From assembly GCF_023055435.1 (NCBI RefSeq), contig NW_025963846.1, forward strand, positions 4,278,001 to 4,342,000: a DNA stretch of 64,000 nt, written 5' to 3'. The notes under the pieces are model-generated. The model was not told the origin of the DNA, did not search any database, and was given only the letters and a program-made list of their open reading frames with translations. Every line of letters starts with the position of its first letter. Position 1 is the first letter of the stretch. Shown here piece by piece: positions 1 through 12,668 of the stretch. A program made the translations under genes and the position numbers. This DNA is from Haliotis rufescens (lineage: Eukaryota).

Positions 1-417
1 CTGAGGTCCTGGACAAGGATATATTAAAAAGAATTGGTTCTCAGGCAATGACTTTTGAAAATAGAGAGCAGACGGGCGGTGTTTCTTGTTTGTTTGCTTG
101 TTCAAACTAGTATGTAACCATGTAAACAGTTGTGTACCATCAGTCTAGGAAAGGGCCTCCCTACATAAACAAGCATACAAACTCCTATTGTCGTCATGAC
201 AAAAACTCGAGATTCACAGTAAAGCAGTGTCCATGTAAAAGGAAAGCACCTTTTGCTATATTGAATTACATTGTTTTTAAGTTAAAGGTTTTTTTTATTT
301 GTTTGAAATTGAAATGAAAAAGAAATGTGCGTCTGACTGAATGATGCGGATGGTGCCTGAGAACCAAGGAATAACTGAAAGAAAAATAACAGAAACAGAT
401 AGGTACATACAAATTAG

Positions 418-423
418 TTTATT
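418..423 (-). terminator. Candidate polyadenylation signal (AATAAA) of ATP5F1C
   Basis: tttatt on the plus strand ~220 nt downstream of the stop codon. Confidence 0.5.
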
Positions 424-645
424 TTCTTGGGTGTCAACTTTCAAATACAGACTGGTCTGCAAACCGAACTTTCTGACGAAAACTGCGACACAGTATTTTC
501 AACACAGCACTAAATAGATTTTCAACAGCCTCTCAATGATATTTAGGCCAGTCAAGTGAGATGAACACGAGTTCCTCCCTGCCTGACTGCAAATGGTCCT
601 ATTTGTAGCTTATGTACAAATGTTGATGTCTAACAGTAACAACTA

Positions 646-3600
646 TTAAAGCGCAGAAGCACCAGAAATGATTTCAATCAACTCTCTGGTAATAACTGCC
701 TGTCTGGTTCGGTTGAAGGTCAAGGTCAGCTTGTCAATCATTTCTCCTGGAAAACAAGATCAATCAATTACAAATTCATTGGAACTCAATGTCAACCCAT
801 AATGTAACATAACTATAGATGATTGGATCACCTATGGCTAAACAGGGAATAACACAGACAGGATGGAAATGAAAGTCACAAATATCCTTGAATTAACAAA
901 TTGCAAATGATTCTGTGGCATTAGAAAGACTAATGAAACCTTTTTTTAGAGTTTATGTTTCCATAAACTGAGGAAAAATGGCCACACCCACTACTTCCTG
1001 ATTGGCTCATAACAGATTATTATGCCTCAAAGTGAGATTGACCAATCAGAGAGCAGAACTACTGACCCCCTATACCTTCAGTGAAAATCCAAGATGGTTG
1101 TTACTGACCTAATATGAGACCCTGTACCGTCAGTTACAGCCATTTTGGATTTTCCAACACCCACCTCATATATTTCACATGAATATTCCGGTACAGAAAT
1201 TCATTATTCGACACTGTTTTGTGTTTTAATATAATTAATTTTGATGTGTAAGAACGTTGATGTTCTTTGGGATCACGTTCGTGACTTTAATCAAAATTAT
1301 ATAAAGTTAAAATTAGGAACAAGGTTTGACTTCTGAGGTTTGAAGAGTAGTCTCCCTTTGACCCTTAGTCTCAGGTTGTAAGTGTTAAGTTTTCAGTTTT
1401 GACATGACATGTGCGACAAAGATACCAAATAGTGTCAACTTTTCGGCATAATAAATTGGTTATGGTGTCTTTAGTTGCCGTATATGTTGTCATATTATGT
1501 TAGCAGGGTAGGGCTTGTGTTGCATTCTTGCACTGAACAATATCACTGATTTTGTACAATTGTCAACAGCTTCTTGTGCACACAGTGTGTGTAAATAAGT
1601 GTTAATAGTATATTGTGTGGATAAGTGTGGACACTGGTTTTATGTGTTAATAACTCGGTAACCACAACAACATATCAAAGTCAATTCTCAAATTTTAAAC
1701 TGTGCAATACACTTTGTCCCATAAATGTTGTTTGCACAAACCTGCGTTCTTGCTGGCAGCGTCCATGGCTGTCATACGGGAGCTCTGTTCACTACAGGAG
1801 GCCTCCTTCAGGGCGTAGTAGAGGAGGCTGACGAGAGCGAACTCATTGTACGAGCGAACCACATCTTCATCCAGACTGTCATACAGGTTGAGCTTCTCAG
1901 CCCCGTTGACGCTATCGAGAGAGAAGAGGGGCTGCTCGGTTGTTCTGTATGACACCACACTCCTGAAATGAAAATAATATTTTTTTAAAAGAAATAGTGA
2001 GTGAGTGAGTGAGTATGGTTTTACGCTGTTTTTAGCAATATTCCAGCAATATCACGGCAGGGGATACCAGAAATGGGCTTCACACATTGCCCTCATGTCA
2101 GGAATCGAACCCGGGTCTTCGGAGTGACAAGCGAACGCTTTAACCACAAGGCTACCCAACCGCCCCTTTTAAATGAAATATCATTTATACTTATCCTGAC
2201 TCATACTTATTGCTAGACACATCTTATTTCCGATAGGTAGTGGAAACTTCCTTAACACTGTTCCCAGAAAACAGAACCCTGAGCACCGGAAGCATGTGAC
2301 CTATCTGGTAGACTTGTCACTCTCTCATCCTCTTGCCTGTAGCCAAAACATGTATCAGGTGGAAGAGGGGATGGATGCTTCAGCGCATGAGTCAGGATAA
2401 GTATTAATAATATTTTTACTTAAAAAATACATATTTTTACCTTATCCCGACTCATACTTATTGCTTGAATAACCCTGTAGGTGGTGGTTCCTTCAAGTGT
2501 GTGATTCAGACTGTGATCTGTTCACATAACCCCATGGGAACTTTAAAATCTTCTTGGTTCTTCATATATCCAAGTGGGGTACTACTTCCTTCTCGTTGAA
2601 AAGAGGGGAGTAAATTTCTTGGATACTTTAGATTTTGGAAAGTGCACTAACAGATGATTTTCCCCGCTTACTTTTAACAACTATAGTGTTAAGACAAGGT
2701 CGTAATCTTAAACACAATCAGTGTCACTCATGCTCTGAATTACGTAGTAAAACTCTGGATCATTTGTAATAGGACAGTAACCTGATGTCAACAAGTCTGC
2801 ATGAACGTGGGTAAGTGTAGAAGGTTCATCTCCTAGTAGGCAGTCAGTTGTTGTGCTACTACTAATAGTCCAAATTGATGACTTCAAGCCACATCCTCTG
2901 TGGCAATATCTCTAAGATAGTGATTTGCGAAGACAGTGTCCGGTCTCCCAAAACAACCTTCCATAATCGTCGGGATGGATGAGCTGCCATGTAAGACTAA
3001 GGTGGAAGCTATAGCTCTGACTTTGTGTGGGTTGGATGCTGAAGGTGGATCTAACCCTGCTGCCTTGTATGCTCTGAGTATGACTACTCTCATCCAATAG
3101 GAGACGGTTGTTCTAGAGGCTTCAGTTGAAGAATTCCTTTATAAAGGAATAAATAGCCTTCTTAACTTCTGCCTTCTGGAGCTGGTTCTTTGAAGATAAA
3201 TGTGTTAGGCTCTAACAGGAATAACTACAAATCTTTTGTATTCTCTGAGCCAAGAATGGATGAGAGTGGTGGGACGTGGAATTGTCTGTCTGGTTGCCCT
3301 GGGAGCTGATTCTTGGCGATAAAGTCCCCTCTTAGACCAAGATGAGCCAATGCGTGATCGCCGTTGTCAAATCTGGTAGGGTTGTCAAAACGATAGCATG
3401 AATCTGACATTCTGGCCGCCGTAGCTAGTGCCAGAAGAAACAAGTTCGAAGTCAGCTTGTTCTGGACGTTCACAGGCATTGCTGGTAAGATGCTTGAGTA
3501 CCATATTCAGGTCCAATGCTGGGGCTCTGAATTTCTTTGTTGATCTTCAAGTTTGTAAGATCTTAGAAGCGCTAGAATTCTGTAACTTTGGTTAGCTTGA

Positions 3601-6600
3601 TTCCGTCGACATAGTGAGGACAGAGATGCTGACTGCTAGATTCTTGTACTTCTCAGGTGGCATAAGAACTCTGCTACTTGTGGTGAAGTGGCTAAAGCTG
3701 CTAAAAACCCTTAGATCTCGCTAACTGGTCAAAACTCTTCCACTTATCATCATATAAATTCCTTGTGGATCTGCAAAGGGCTGAGGAGACTGCCTTAGCT
3801 GCTCTGAGTATCCTACCCTAATGAGGTTGATTGTAATATGTTCCATGAAGCTTGTAGAGATTGGGTCTGGTAATTGTGCAAACATTGATTTACAATAATC
3901 ATTTGGCACACATACAATGTTTTCAGCTAAACTTACTTGAAGATGTTGAAGATCATTGTTCCATGATCATACTTGTAGCCGGACTCCAGCATGGCACTGG
4001 CGATCAGAGTAGCATCAGCAAACACTGGGGGCCGCTTGCCAATATCATTAAATGACATTAATATGTTTTTAGGGTACTGCCTAGAGAAACAGAAGAAAGT
4101 AAACAAGGATTACAACATTAGCAAAAAAACAACTTGTGTCAGAGGGGTACACAAAATATGTGATCTAGACTACCAGTTGTTGGACTTTCATTTTTGTGGA
4201 AACCTGGGTGGCTGAGAGGGTTAGATCGCCGACTTTGTATGCTGGCGAATAGATGCCTCCTTCTGTGAGCTTAGGTTCGAAACCTGAATGGGAGTCAACA
4301 CCAAAAACACCAGAACATGTACTTTACTAACAAATGTGTTATCCAAAATATAACATTTGTTATATTTGAATTTTGACACATATTGTGTATTCATCATTAC
4401 AAAATTGTATTTCAATGCTAATTCATATCTATCTCAGCCATGTCAGGGGAGAGAACGAACGAACGAACGAACGAACGAACGAACGAACGAACAAATGTAC
4501 ATTTGGGCTGGGTTTGATGACACCTAATATCAGTTACCTCAAGGTGTGTGAGATTAATGTGGAAAGCCCAAAGAGTTGCAGCTAGTAGATGTTTATCTCT
4601 CTGGTGAAACCAAGAAGCAGAGATATTGTGCCAATGAACAAAGTATCAGTAGATCCTGAAAACCCCTTAGGGACACAACTCTGCACAGTAAATTGTGATG
4701 TCTTAGATAAGGTGAATATAATGACATATGGCAGTTTAACAAACCTTTGTAACATAGCTTTGGATTTATCTCCAATACAGACAATCTTTGTATCAATGCC
4801 TGGTTTCTGTGCCCCAAGTGTCGAACGGATGTGTTTGACAACATTGCTGTGGATACCACCACAGAGACCTCTGTCCGAGGTCACAGCTACGATCAGGTGG
4901 TTTGGCTGGTTTTCATCCTGCTCAACCTCAGCCTTCTCATAAAAAGCTGAAAACAGGAATTTAACACAATTTTGTGTCTGTTCACTGGTGTTTTTTCAAA
5001 AACCGAAACCCAAAATACAGATGGAAATAATCTTTAATTATGGCTTTTCCATCCAAACAAAAATTATACCTGGGTTTCAGACTGGTTCTTTTTCTTTGAC
5101 ACTGACTGACCATCATCCTAAACGTCTCAAAGAATTTACCCCAATTTGGTAATGATATAGAAGAATGTCCTCTCAAAAGCTGATGAAATCAGGAATATTT
5201 CAAGTTGCCATTTAACTCTTATCAAAATCATGGATTATACAAAATATTTGTATACATGTTGTAAAGTTCCTATGAAAATCAAGTAATCAAATAAAACATG
5301 TGGGGCTCAATGGTAAAGGCAATACAGATGTTATTTTTTTCAAATAATTATCCATAAAAGAAGACTAAATTATTATGGGCGCTACAATAACATATTTAGA
5401 CACTAGTCCTCACCATTTAACTATATTTTTTCATTGAATTTAATGTTGAAGATTCACTAACACATTCAATTTTAGAATATATCAGCTATTTTGTTTTAGA
5501 ACTAACACAATCTTTAAGAGGCTAACACTCCTTACCCTTAGCTCCTAATCCATAAGGTCTTGCTGGGCGAAGCTCTCGCTCAGCACGGGAGAACTTGGCA
5601 GCTGACACCATCTTCATGGACTTTGTGATCTTTTGAATGTTGGTGACGGACTTGAGTCGGATACGAACTGATTAGAAAACAACAGTATAAACTTTCAGAA
5701 GAAGCTCAATATTTAGTATACTACAAATAGGTTTCCTGTTTCTTACAAAATAATGAACATACTGATTCAGTTCACAGCTCATACTAAAACAGTTAGATTT
5801 TCACAAGCATCTGGACTAACTGACCTCTGGACTAACTGACCTCTGGCCATGTCTAACCTTTTACTTTAAGAAAATAAACATCAGAATATATAATAATTCT
5901 CATTCATTATAGGACACATTCAAACTATTAGAAGAATATTGAATATATTTGACATATAAATGTATACAACCATATGTTTTGTTTGTTTGTTTGTTGTTGC
6001 TTAACGCCGCACTCAGCAATATTCAAGCTATATGACGGCAGTCTGTAAATAATCCAGTCTGGACCAGACAATCCAGTGACTGACAGCATGAGCATCGATC
6101 CACGCATTTGGGATCGATGACATGTATCAACCAAGTCAGCGAGCCTGACTACCCGACCCCGTTAGTCGCCTTTTACGACAAGCATAGTCGCCTTTTACGG
6201 CAAGTATTGGTTGCTGAAGACCTATTCTACCCCTGGAATCTTAATGGGTGTACAACCATATGTAATATTTTGTGTTGCGAAGTAAGAATTGAAGACATAC
6301 GTACTATCCTTCAGTGTTGCCATGCCTCGCACTTGGGTGCTTGAGAAGAAAAACAACACATGGTAAATAACAAACAGCAAAATATGTTTTTTTGTCTATC
6401 AACAAGCCTGATGCCCACAACTACTGGGGTAATATTGAACAATACTTCTCTGTGAATATGGGTGACAATAACCCTCTACAGACCAGTGAAAATTTTTTTC
6501 CATAATTTCATAATTATGACCACAATTTACTCTGACAGCAGGAGATCATATGGCTGCATATCAGTTTCTTGACTAATTGAAGATATCAAGCATTTCCATC

Positions 6601-7059
6601 TGTATTTCGATTTTGTGAATGTTCTGATTAATTTTAGGAGTTTTGTAAAACATCTAAATGTTGGCCAACCAAAACTATTCCTCATTATAGCGCATATAAT
6701 ATGACAGCAGAAGTGGCTTTTTAGAACAAACCAATCAAATGAACAACTTTCAAATGAAACCGAGTTTGTAGAACATCATTCGATCATCTTTTATTACATA
6801 GCTACACAAACTATTTGCTAAATCGTGGCACCGACATTGAATGTCTGCTGTTTGGGTCAATCACCTTGAAATTGACTTTCATATTGCAAGGGGCAATTGA
6901 GTCAGTAACAGATAAGAAAGGCATCTGATATGCCAATGCAGTATTAATTATGTTATGAATGGCATATTTTTCACATTATTTTGAAAATGTAACTGTGATA
7001 ATGTTACAACAAACTACACACCATTGCGGAGAAATTACTTGCACCGTGCGTGATAACAT
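646..7059 (-). CDS. ATP5F1C: Mitochondrial ATP synthase F1 subunit gamma, 7 coding exons, ~290 aa
   Basis: Exons (minus): 7059-7022, 6339-6305, 5667-5536, 4946-4745, 4080-3937, 1962-1742, 746-646. All are GT-AG and total 873 nt in frame. Translation has hallmark motifs: [92 protein letters not shown]. An in-frame upstream ATG at 7068 is an alternative start. Confidence 0.97.
1997..2167 (-). mobile_element. tRNA-derived SINE, family A, with (ACTC)n tail
   Basis: Minus-strand A box (ggtagccttgtggttaaagcg) and B box (ggttcgattcc), ACTC tail, many copies in the window. Confidence 0.85.
2168..3870 (-). mobile_element. Decayed DIRS-type (tyrosine recombinase) retrotransposon, 3' part, in ATP5F1C intron 5
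   Basis: Broken ORFs 3479-3225 ([13 protein letters not shown]...FIAKNQ) and 3093-2884 ([10 protein letters not shown]...[10 protein letters not shown]) match YR motifs. A repeated/inverted motif cttatcctgactcatactta at ~2190, ~2388 (inverted) and ~2440 resembles the ITR/ICR layout. Confidence 0.8.
4454..4710 (-). mobile_element. Old diverged copy of SINE family D with simple-repeat tail
   Basis: Aligns by eye with 39101-39364 (ctgtgcagagttg.gtccct core; aagccc.aag; ggtgaaacc); (acga)n tract at the tail. Confidence 0.6.
5975..6250 (-). mobile_element. Short retroposon family B (non-tRNA structured 5' end, (CAAA)n tail)
   Basis: Matches copies at 14655, 17423, 24630, 44445 and 56464; flanked by TSD-like tacaaccatatgt. 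Confidence 0.85.
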
Positions 7060-7382
7060 GGCTTCCATCTTGCCGGTCTCCACAGCGAGGCCAAATAGCT
7101 CAGGGGAAACAATTCTTCCAGTTTGGGTATTGGATACCACGCACAAATAAAGATTGAAGCTCTCGTAAAATATTATACGTGTGCATAAAGCTACGTCCCA
7201 ACACAGATTTTGTGTTATTCCGTTCCATTGACTGTTTTAAGCTATCAATATCAAAATAAACTTGTTTGTCTCTTTTTCAGTCAAGCTATATGACGGCGGC
7301 CTGTATTTAATGGAATCTGGACCAGACAACTCAGTTGTTACAGCTTGAGCAACGTTATTAACAACTGACCCTTTTGTCCGAA

Positions 7383-7545
7383 CGGGGCATGCAGTGGGGT
7401 AGCCTGGTTGTTAAAGCGTTGGATCGTAACGACTCCCCACATGAGTATAGGATAGAATGTGTGAAGGTCATTTCTGGCGATCACGTCCATGATATTGCGG
7501 GAAAATTTCAAATAAAGGAGGAATCTATTTATACTCACTAACTCC
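7383..7545 (+). mobile_element. Diverged SINE family A
   Basis: ggggtagcctggttgttaaagcgtt head, actcact tail. Confidence 0.6.
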
Positions 7546-7639
7546 TGTCAGAGCCCGTAGCCCGAAAGACGCTGGAAGGGCATAAGTGACATAGGGATCT
7601 TCTAGTGAGGACTCAAACACAGTGTTAACATGACTCGGA

Positions 7640-8180
7640 ACACTGACAAGGTTAGGATATCATCTGTGAGATGACTCCACACTCTGCTACACGGACAGGG
7701 TAAGGATGTCATCTGTGGGATGGATAACTCCACACTCTGCTACACTGACAGGGTAAGGATGTCATCTGTGGGATGACTCCAGGCCCTGCTAAACTGACAG
7801 GGTAAGGATGTCATCTGTGGGATGGCTCCGCTCTGTTACACTGACAGGTTAAGGATGTCATCTGTGGGATGACTCCACGCCCTGCTACACTGACAGGGTA
7901 AGGATGTCATCTGTGGGATGGATGACTCCACACTCTGCTACACTGACAGGGTAAGGATGTCATCTGTGGGATGACTCCACACTCTGCTACACTGACAAGG
8001 TAAGGATGTCATCTGTGGGATGACTCCAGGCCCTGCTAAACTGACAGGGTAAGGATGTCATCTGTGGGATGGCTCCGCTCTGTTACACTGACAGGTTAAG
8101 GATGTCATCTGTGGGATGACTCCACGCCCTGCTACACTGACAGGGTAAGGATGTCATCTGTGGGATGACACCACGCCCTT
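7640..8180. repeat. Minisatellite, ~49-bp unit (ctgctacactgacagggtaaggatgtcatctgtgggatgactccacact), ~11 copies
   Basis: Direct tandem repetition. Confidence 0.95.
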
Positions 8181-8950
8181 CCATCCTTACCCCGACTTTG
8201 AAGGTGATTGCGTGCAATAGTACCCGTACGGTGGTTGCGTGTCATCCTACCCTGTTGCTGATTGCGTGTCATCGTACCCCTTTGGTAATTTCGTGACATC
8301 CAACCCTGACAGTGATTGCGTGACATCGAACCTTGTTGGTGAATGCGTGACCAGAGACCATATACCCTCATTACCGCGGCAGTGATCGTTAATGATAATC
8401 TACTGCTGAGGCCTGTCCCTCGGTATATGGTCTCTGGCGTGACATTGTACCCTTTTGGTGCAGATTGCGTGTCTTTGAACCCTGACGGTGATTGCCTGCC
8501 ATCGTACCATTGCGGTGATTGCGTGACATTGTATCCTGACGGTGACTGCGCGTCATCCTATCCTGACGGTGATTGCGTGCCATAGTGCCTTGGCCGTGAT
8601 TGCGTGATATCGTATCCTGACGGTGACTGCGCGTCATCCTATCCTGACGGTGATTGCGTGCCATAGTGCCTTGGCCGTGATTGCGTGATATCGTATCCTG
8701 ACGGTGATTGCGTGCCATAGTGCCTTGGCCGTGATTGCGTAATATCGTATCCTGACGGTGATTGCGTGCCATAGTGCCTTGGCCGTGATTGCGTGATATC
8801 GTATCCTGGCGATGCTGACTGCGTGTCATCCTATCCTGACGGTGATTGCGTGTCATTCCACCTTGGTGGGAATTGCGTGTCATCGTACCTCGTTGGGGGT
8901 TGCGTGTCATTTTAACTTGGTGGTGATTGCGTGTCAACCTATCCTGGCTG
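8181..8950. repeat. Minisatellite, ~30-bp unit (tgattgcgtgtcatcgtatcctgacgg-like) with local 2-unit higher-order repeat
   Basis: Direct tandem repetition; gives rise to the repetitive ORF 8389-9162. Confidence 0.9.
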
Positions 8951-9309
8951 CACGGGTTGCTGCTCATAATATCAAACATTCTTAAGTCTTTCCCCGAAAC
9001 AGGCAGTGACCATGTGTAGGATAGAACAGGTACGAGGGATTTTAGTGGAGGTTTAAAACTGACCCCGAGGTCTTGACTGAAAATGTAAGCTCGTGGAAGA
9101 AGGCCATAAGGGAAGCACACTTGGAGGCCTGAACCGACTTCCTCAAGGTTTTGCATTCTCAATCAGGACCGAGGAGGAGGCTTTGATGCAAATCAAAAAC
9201 CGAAAAAAAATCTGACACGACCTTGTCGTTTATCAGCGCCTCTGTAGCCTGGTAGGTCATGCTATCTGTAACATTCCCGGTATTGCACAAGTTGGGGATT
9301 TTATGAGTT

Positions 9310-10185
9310 TTTTGTTTGTTGTTTAAGGCTGCACTCAGCAATATGCCAGCTATATGAAGGCGGTCTGTAAATAATCGAGTCTGGACCAGACAATCCAGTG
9401 ATCCAACATCACGTAAGGAGAGAAGTTCTCCGACCCTACGTAAGGAGAGAAGTATCTCCGTTTTCCGTGTACACATCGTAGGATGAACACAGCCGCGGCA
9501 TCCATGTAAACAGGCACCCTTAACTCCGTGGGGACAAAACCGCCTGGGTGGAAAGATCACCATTCGTTATTACGAGGAAGAATTCTCGTGTGAACTGCTC
9601 AATAACATCAGAGATTCCAAAGTTCTGTATAGAACTGTTGTGACAGTGACAGTGGAGTGGCTTTGTATTGTTTGTGGTTTTTTGTGTGTGGTTGTGTGTT
9701 GTTGTTGTATATATGTACACACACAAAGTTTTATTGTGTATTAGTTGTGTTATTCTTAGAACATCTGTATTAGTGTTAGTATTGGTAGAAGTAGACTATT
9801 AGTATTAGGATAGTGTATCGTGATAGTTGTATTGTTAGTAGTAGATAGTTGTATTATTAGTAGTAAACATTTGTACTGTTAGTATTCAGATATTAGTATT
9901 AGTAGTAGATGGTAGTATTGTTAGTTGTAGTAGAAGCTAGATTAGTTAGTTGTGTTAGTTAATTTGGTATTAGTTTGAATTTAAATATTGTTACTGGGAT
10001 TTAAAATTACCTTAAGGGAGGGAATAAATCGTTATTACAACTTCATTTGTGTTTGTGGTTGATTCAATACGTGACAATGACATGCATCAACCAAGTCAGC
10101 GAGCCTGACCACCCGATCCCGTTAGTCGCCTTTTACGACAAGCAAAGTCGCCTTTTACGGCAAGCATGGGTTGCTGAAGAAATTT
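9310..10185 (-). mobile_element. Family B retroposon split into two parts (9310-9405 and 10075-10185) by an intervening sequence
   Basis: 3' part and more 5' part of the family B consensus in collinear order, separated by ~670 bp that include a low-complexity (gtatta/gtag) tract. Confidence 0.6.
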
Positions 10186-10465
10186 CACGGATCGGGGGAT
10201 TTTATGAGGAACTACGGGGAACAGGGTAATTTTTTTGTTCAAACGTGAGGAGGCTGAGAGACGAGATAGCTCAGTGGGCGATTGACAGCTTGGCATTAAT
10301 TGTTACCAGATGGCTCTAGCTGGGCTAGCAGACGACACACTATTCCAAGACGGATTGAAAAAAACAACAACTGAAAGTTTAATTATAAGCACAGGTACTC
10401 TACGTTATATTATCACTTTATGAAGTCTCTGTAACCATTTCCAAATAATACAGATGTAATAATTA

Positions 10466-10621
10466 GGAGATAAACATACTGTGTGTTTTCAATGTAGAAC
10501 TAGGTTACCGCGCTAAACTGAATTTGGAACACAACGCGCAGCGTGACGTTTTCAAATGTTTAGCGCAGTTAAATCTACAGGTAACCTAGCTCCACATTGA
10601 AAACACAGTATGTTTATCTCC
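10466..10621. mobile_element. Fold-back/MITE-like palindrome
   Basis: ggagataaacatactgtgtgttttcaatgtagaactaggttacc...ggtaacctagctccacattgaaaacacagtatgtttatctcc, with inner gcgctaaac/gtttagcgc arms. Confidence 0.75.
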
Positions 10622-12176
10622 ATTCTACCATGACTAAATAAAACGCAAACTCTTTGGTGTTAGCAAATATACTGAGTGGAACGGCATGGGTTGAGTTCAG
10701 TGTTAGGAGTGGGTTGTCGATCTGAATTTATGGAATCCCCGACAACAGCCTTTCAACAAGATATGGCGCTCTATATGCTCAAGCAGTTTATGTCAATAGT
10801 ATCCCAAAATAGGTTGGATTAAGGTGATATGAAACTAATATATTAAGATGACATAAAACGGAATTATATTTGCAGTTTACTCAAAGTTTGCTACATTGTT
10901 AAAACAGTTTTAAACCGCAGCAAGGCTACTCATTCTCAACTTGCTGGACACAATATAGCTGGACAGGGGCTCGAGAGGGGACATTGAAGGACCCTTCGCT
11001 CATCAGTCAACAGTAACCATATGGGATATTGTAGGGACATGCTTGGCATGAATGGTTGAAAAACTGCAGGGGACTGAGGGCAGGCAGCTGATGGTACAGA
11101 CAGATAAGAGGGACCATTTTAACTTCAAACCCTTATTCCCCACAGAAGATGTATAAAGACAATGTCGGGACAATGGAATGACGTCGCTGGAGACAACACA
11201 TTAAATATTATTAGATTTGTTTAGACTTGTTGTTTTTTAAGGTTAAGGTGCCAGATCTTTCCATAGATTGATTACATTTGTTTGTTAATTATTTTTGAAT
11301 TCATGATAATAGTGTCATAGCGCCTGATTTACGACACCCATTGTCTGAAGAACATTTAATTGCAAAGGCTCATTACCCTGGAGCCATGACATCTTTATGC
11401 CTTGAAACACTTAATTGCTGTTATTTATAAGATGCTAATCCTAATTGTTAATCCCCATTTTTGTGTACATCGACCGTCTGCCATCCTGAACGAGATGTGC
11501 AAGTATGTCACTGATGAATTACTGTTTATATCTATATTTATTACTTACTAAATGTCAGGTGACCTTGGCTATATAAGCCTTGGTCCAGAAAGATTGACGG
11601 AAAAAAAGAAGGTCTTACTCTTAGTCTAGCTGGGGTGAGGCTGGGTGCTCCGGGGCACCTAGACAACAACCACTACCACTATGTGCTGACCTGGCACATA
11701 GTGTCTTTTGTATGGATATATCTACATGTATAAAGTAAAACTGTATATACCGCAAGCCATCGTCTCCAAGTTGTCACTTCCTACTGAGAACCATACGTCG
11801 GCCCCTTGCATATACGAGTATGCAAATTATTCATTAATCAACGTCAGACCACACGCGTTGTTTATTGTGTTCAACTTTCTTAGAGCTTGTTACTGTTTTA
11901 TTCAGGCTGTATTCGTGTGACAGATACGAGCTTGACCTTCCCCTTACCGTTATAGTTATACACTCGAATGTATATAATAAATGCATTATTGTCTACAGCA
12001 TTATCCCATTGGAGGTAGAATATGTCCCAGGCACTATAGAGAGGCGACTTGCAGAACGGGTGGTCAGTCTCGGTGACTTGGTGTACTGCGCCATCATATC
12101 CCGGGTGCGGAGGACGTCGCTCATATCAAACACTTTTGTCTGATTCGATTATTTACAGTGCCGTCATACAAGAAGG

Positions 12177-12218
12177 TGAGGTGAAATGGGGTTCAACGTT
12201 CAACGTGTGTGTGTGTGT

Positions 12219-12268
<50 letters not shown>

Positions 12269-12543
12269 TTGCTTGTTCTAGTCCGGACTGATGCCGAGTT
12301 TATAGTGCCAGCTCACTGAGATACCATGCCACAGTTTAACTTGAATACCCCACTCAGACACAGTATACTGACTCTGAGCCTACCAGTCCTGGTTTTAGCC
12401 CCTTAATCCCGAGCGCCAGGCAGGGCAACAACAAGTACCATCTTTTTTAACCTCACTTAGTTTGACGCGGCCGGGGATCGAACCCCGACCTTCAGCTCTC
12501 TGCATGGGTGGGCGGTCTACCACTAGACTACAGACTCGGTCCG
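12177..12543 (-). mobile_element. tRNA-derived SINE family C with internal (CA)n
   Basis: Inverted homolog of 35252-35622; A/B boxes, (GT)n at 12205-12263. Confidence 0.85.
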
Positions 12544-12668
12544 TCATACGAGGATCAAAACCAGCGCCCAAATGTGTGTTAAGCAAACATGGAGATCTGT
12601 GTCAGGTAAAGTGTTGATTAAATTTTATTCTGTTTCATTCCCAAGGCGTATCAATAACAATCAGACAA

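Noticed and set aside
970-1200. Promoter-like CCAAT pair and aagatgg motifs in ATP5F1C intron 6
   Set aside because: No associated ORF; the motifs resemble transposon subterminal repeats seen at 37870-38040
8389-9162. 257-aa Arg/His/Gln-rich repetitive ORF
   Set aside because: Arises from a 30-bp tandem repeat; no splice or codon support and no recognisable domain
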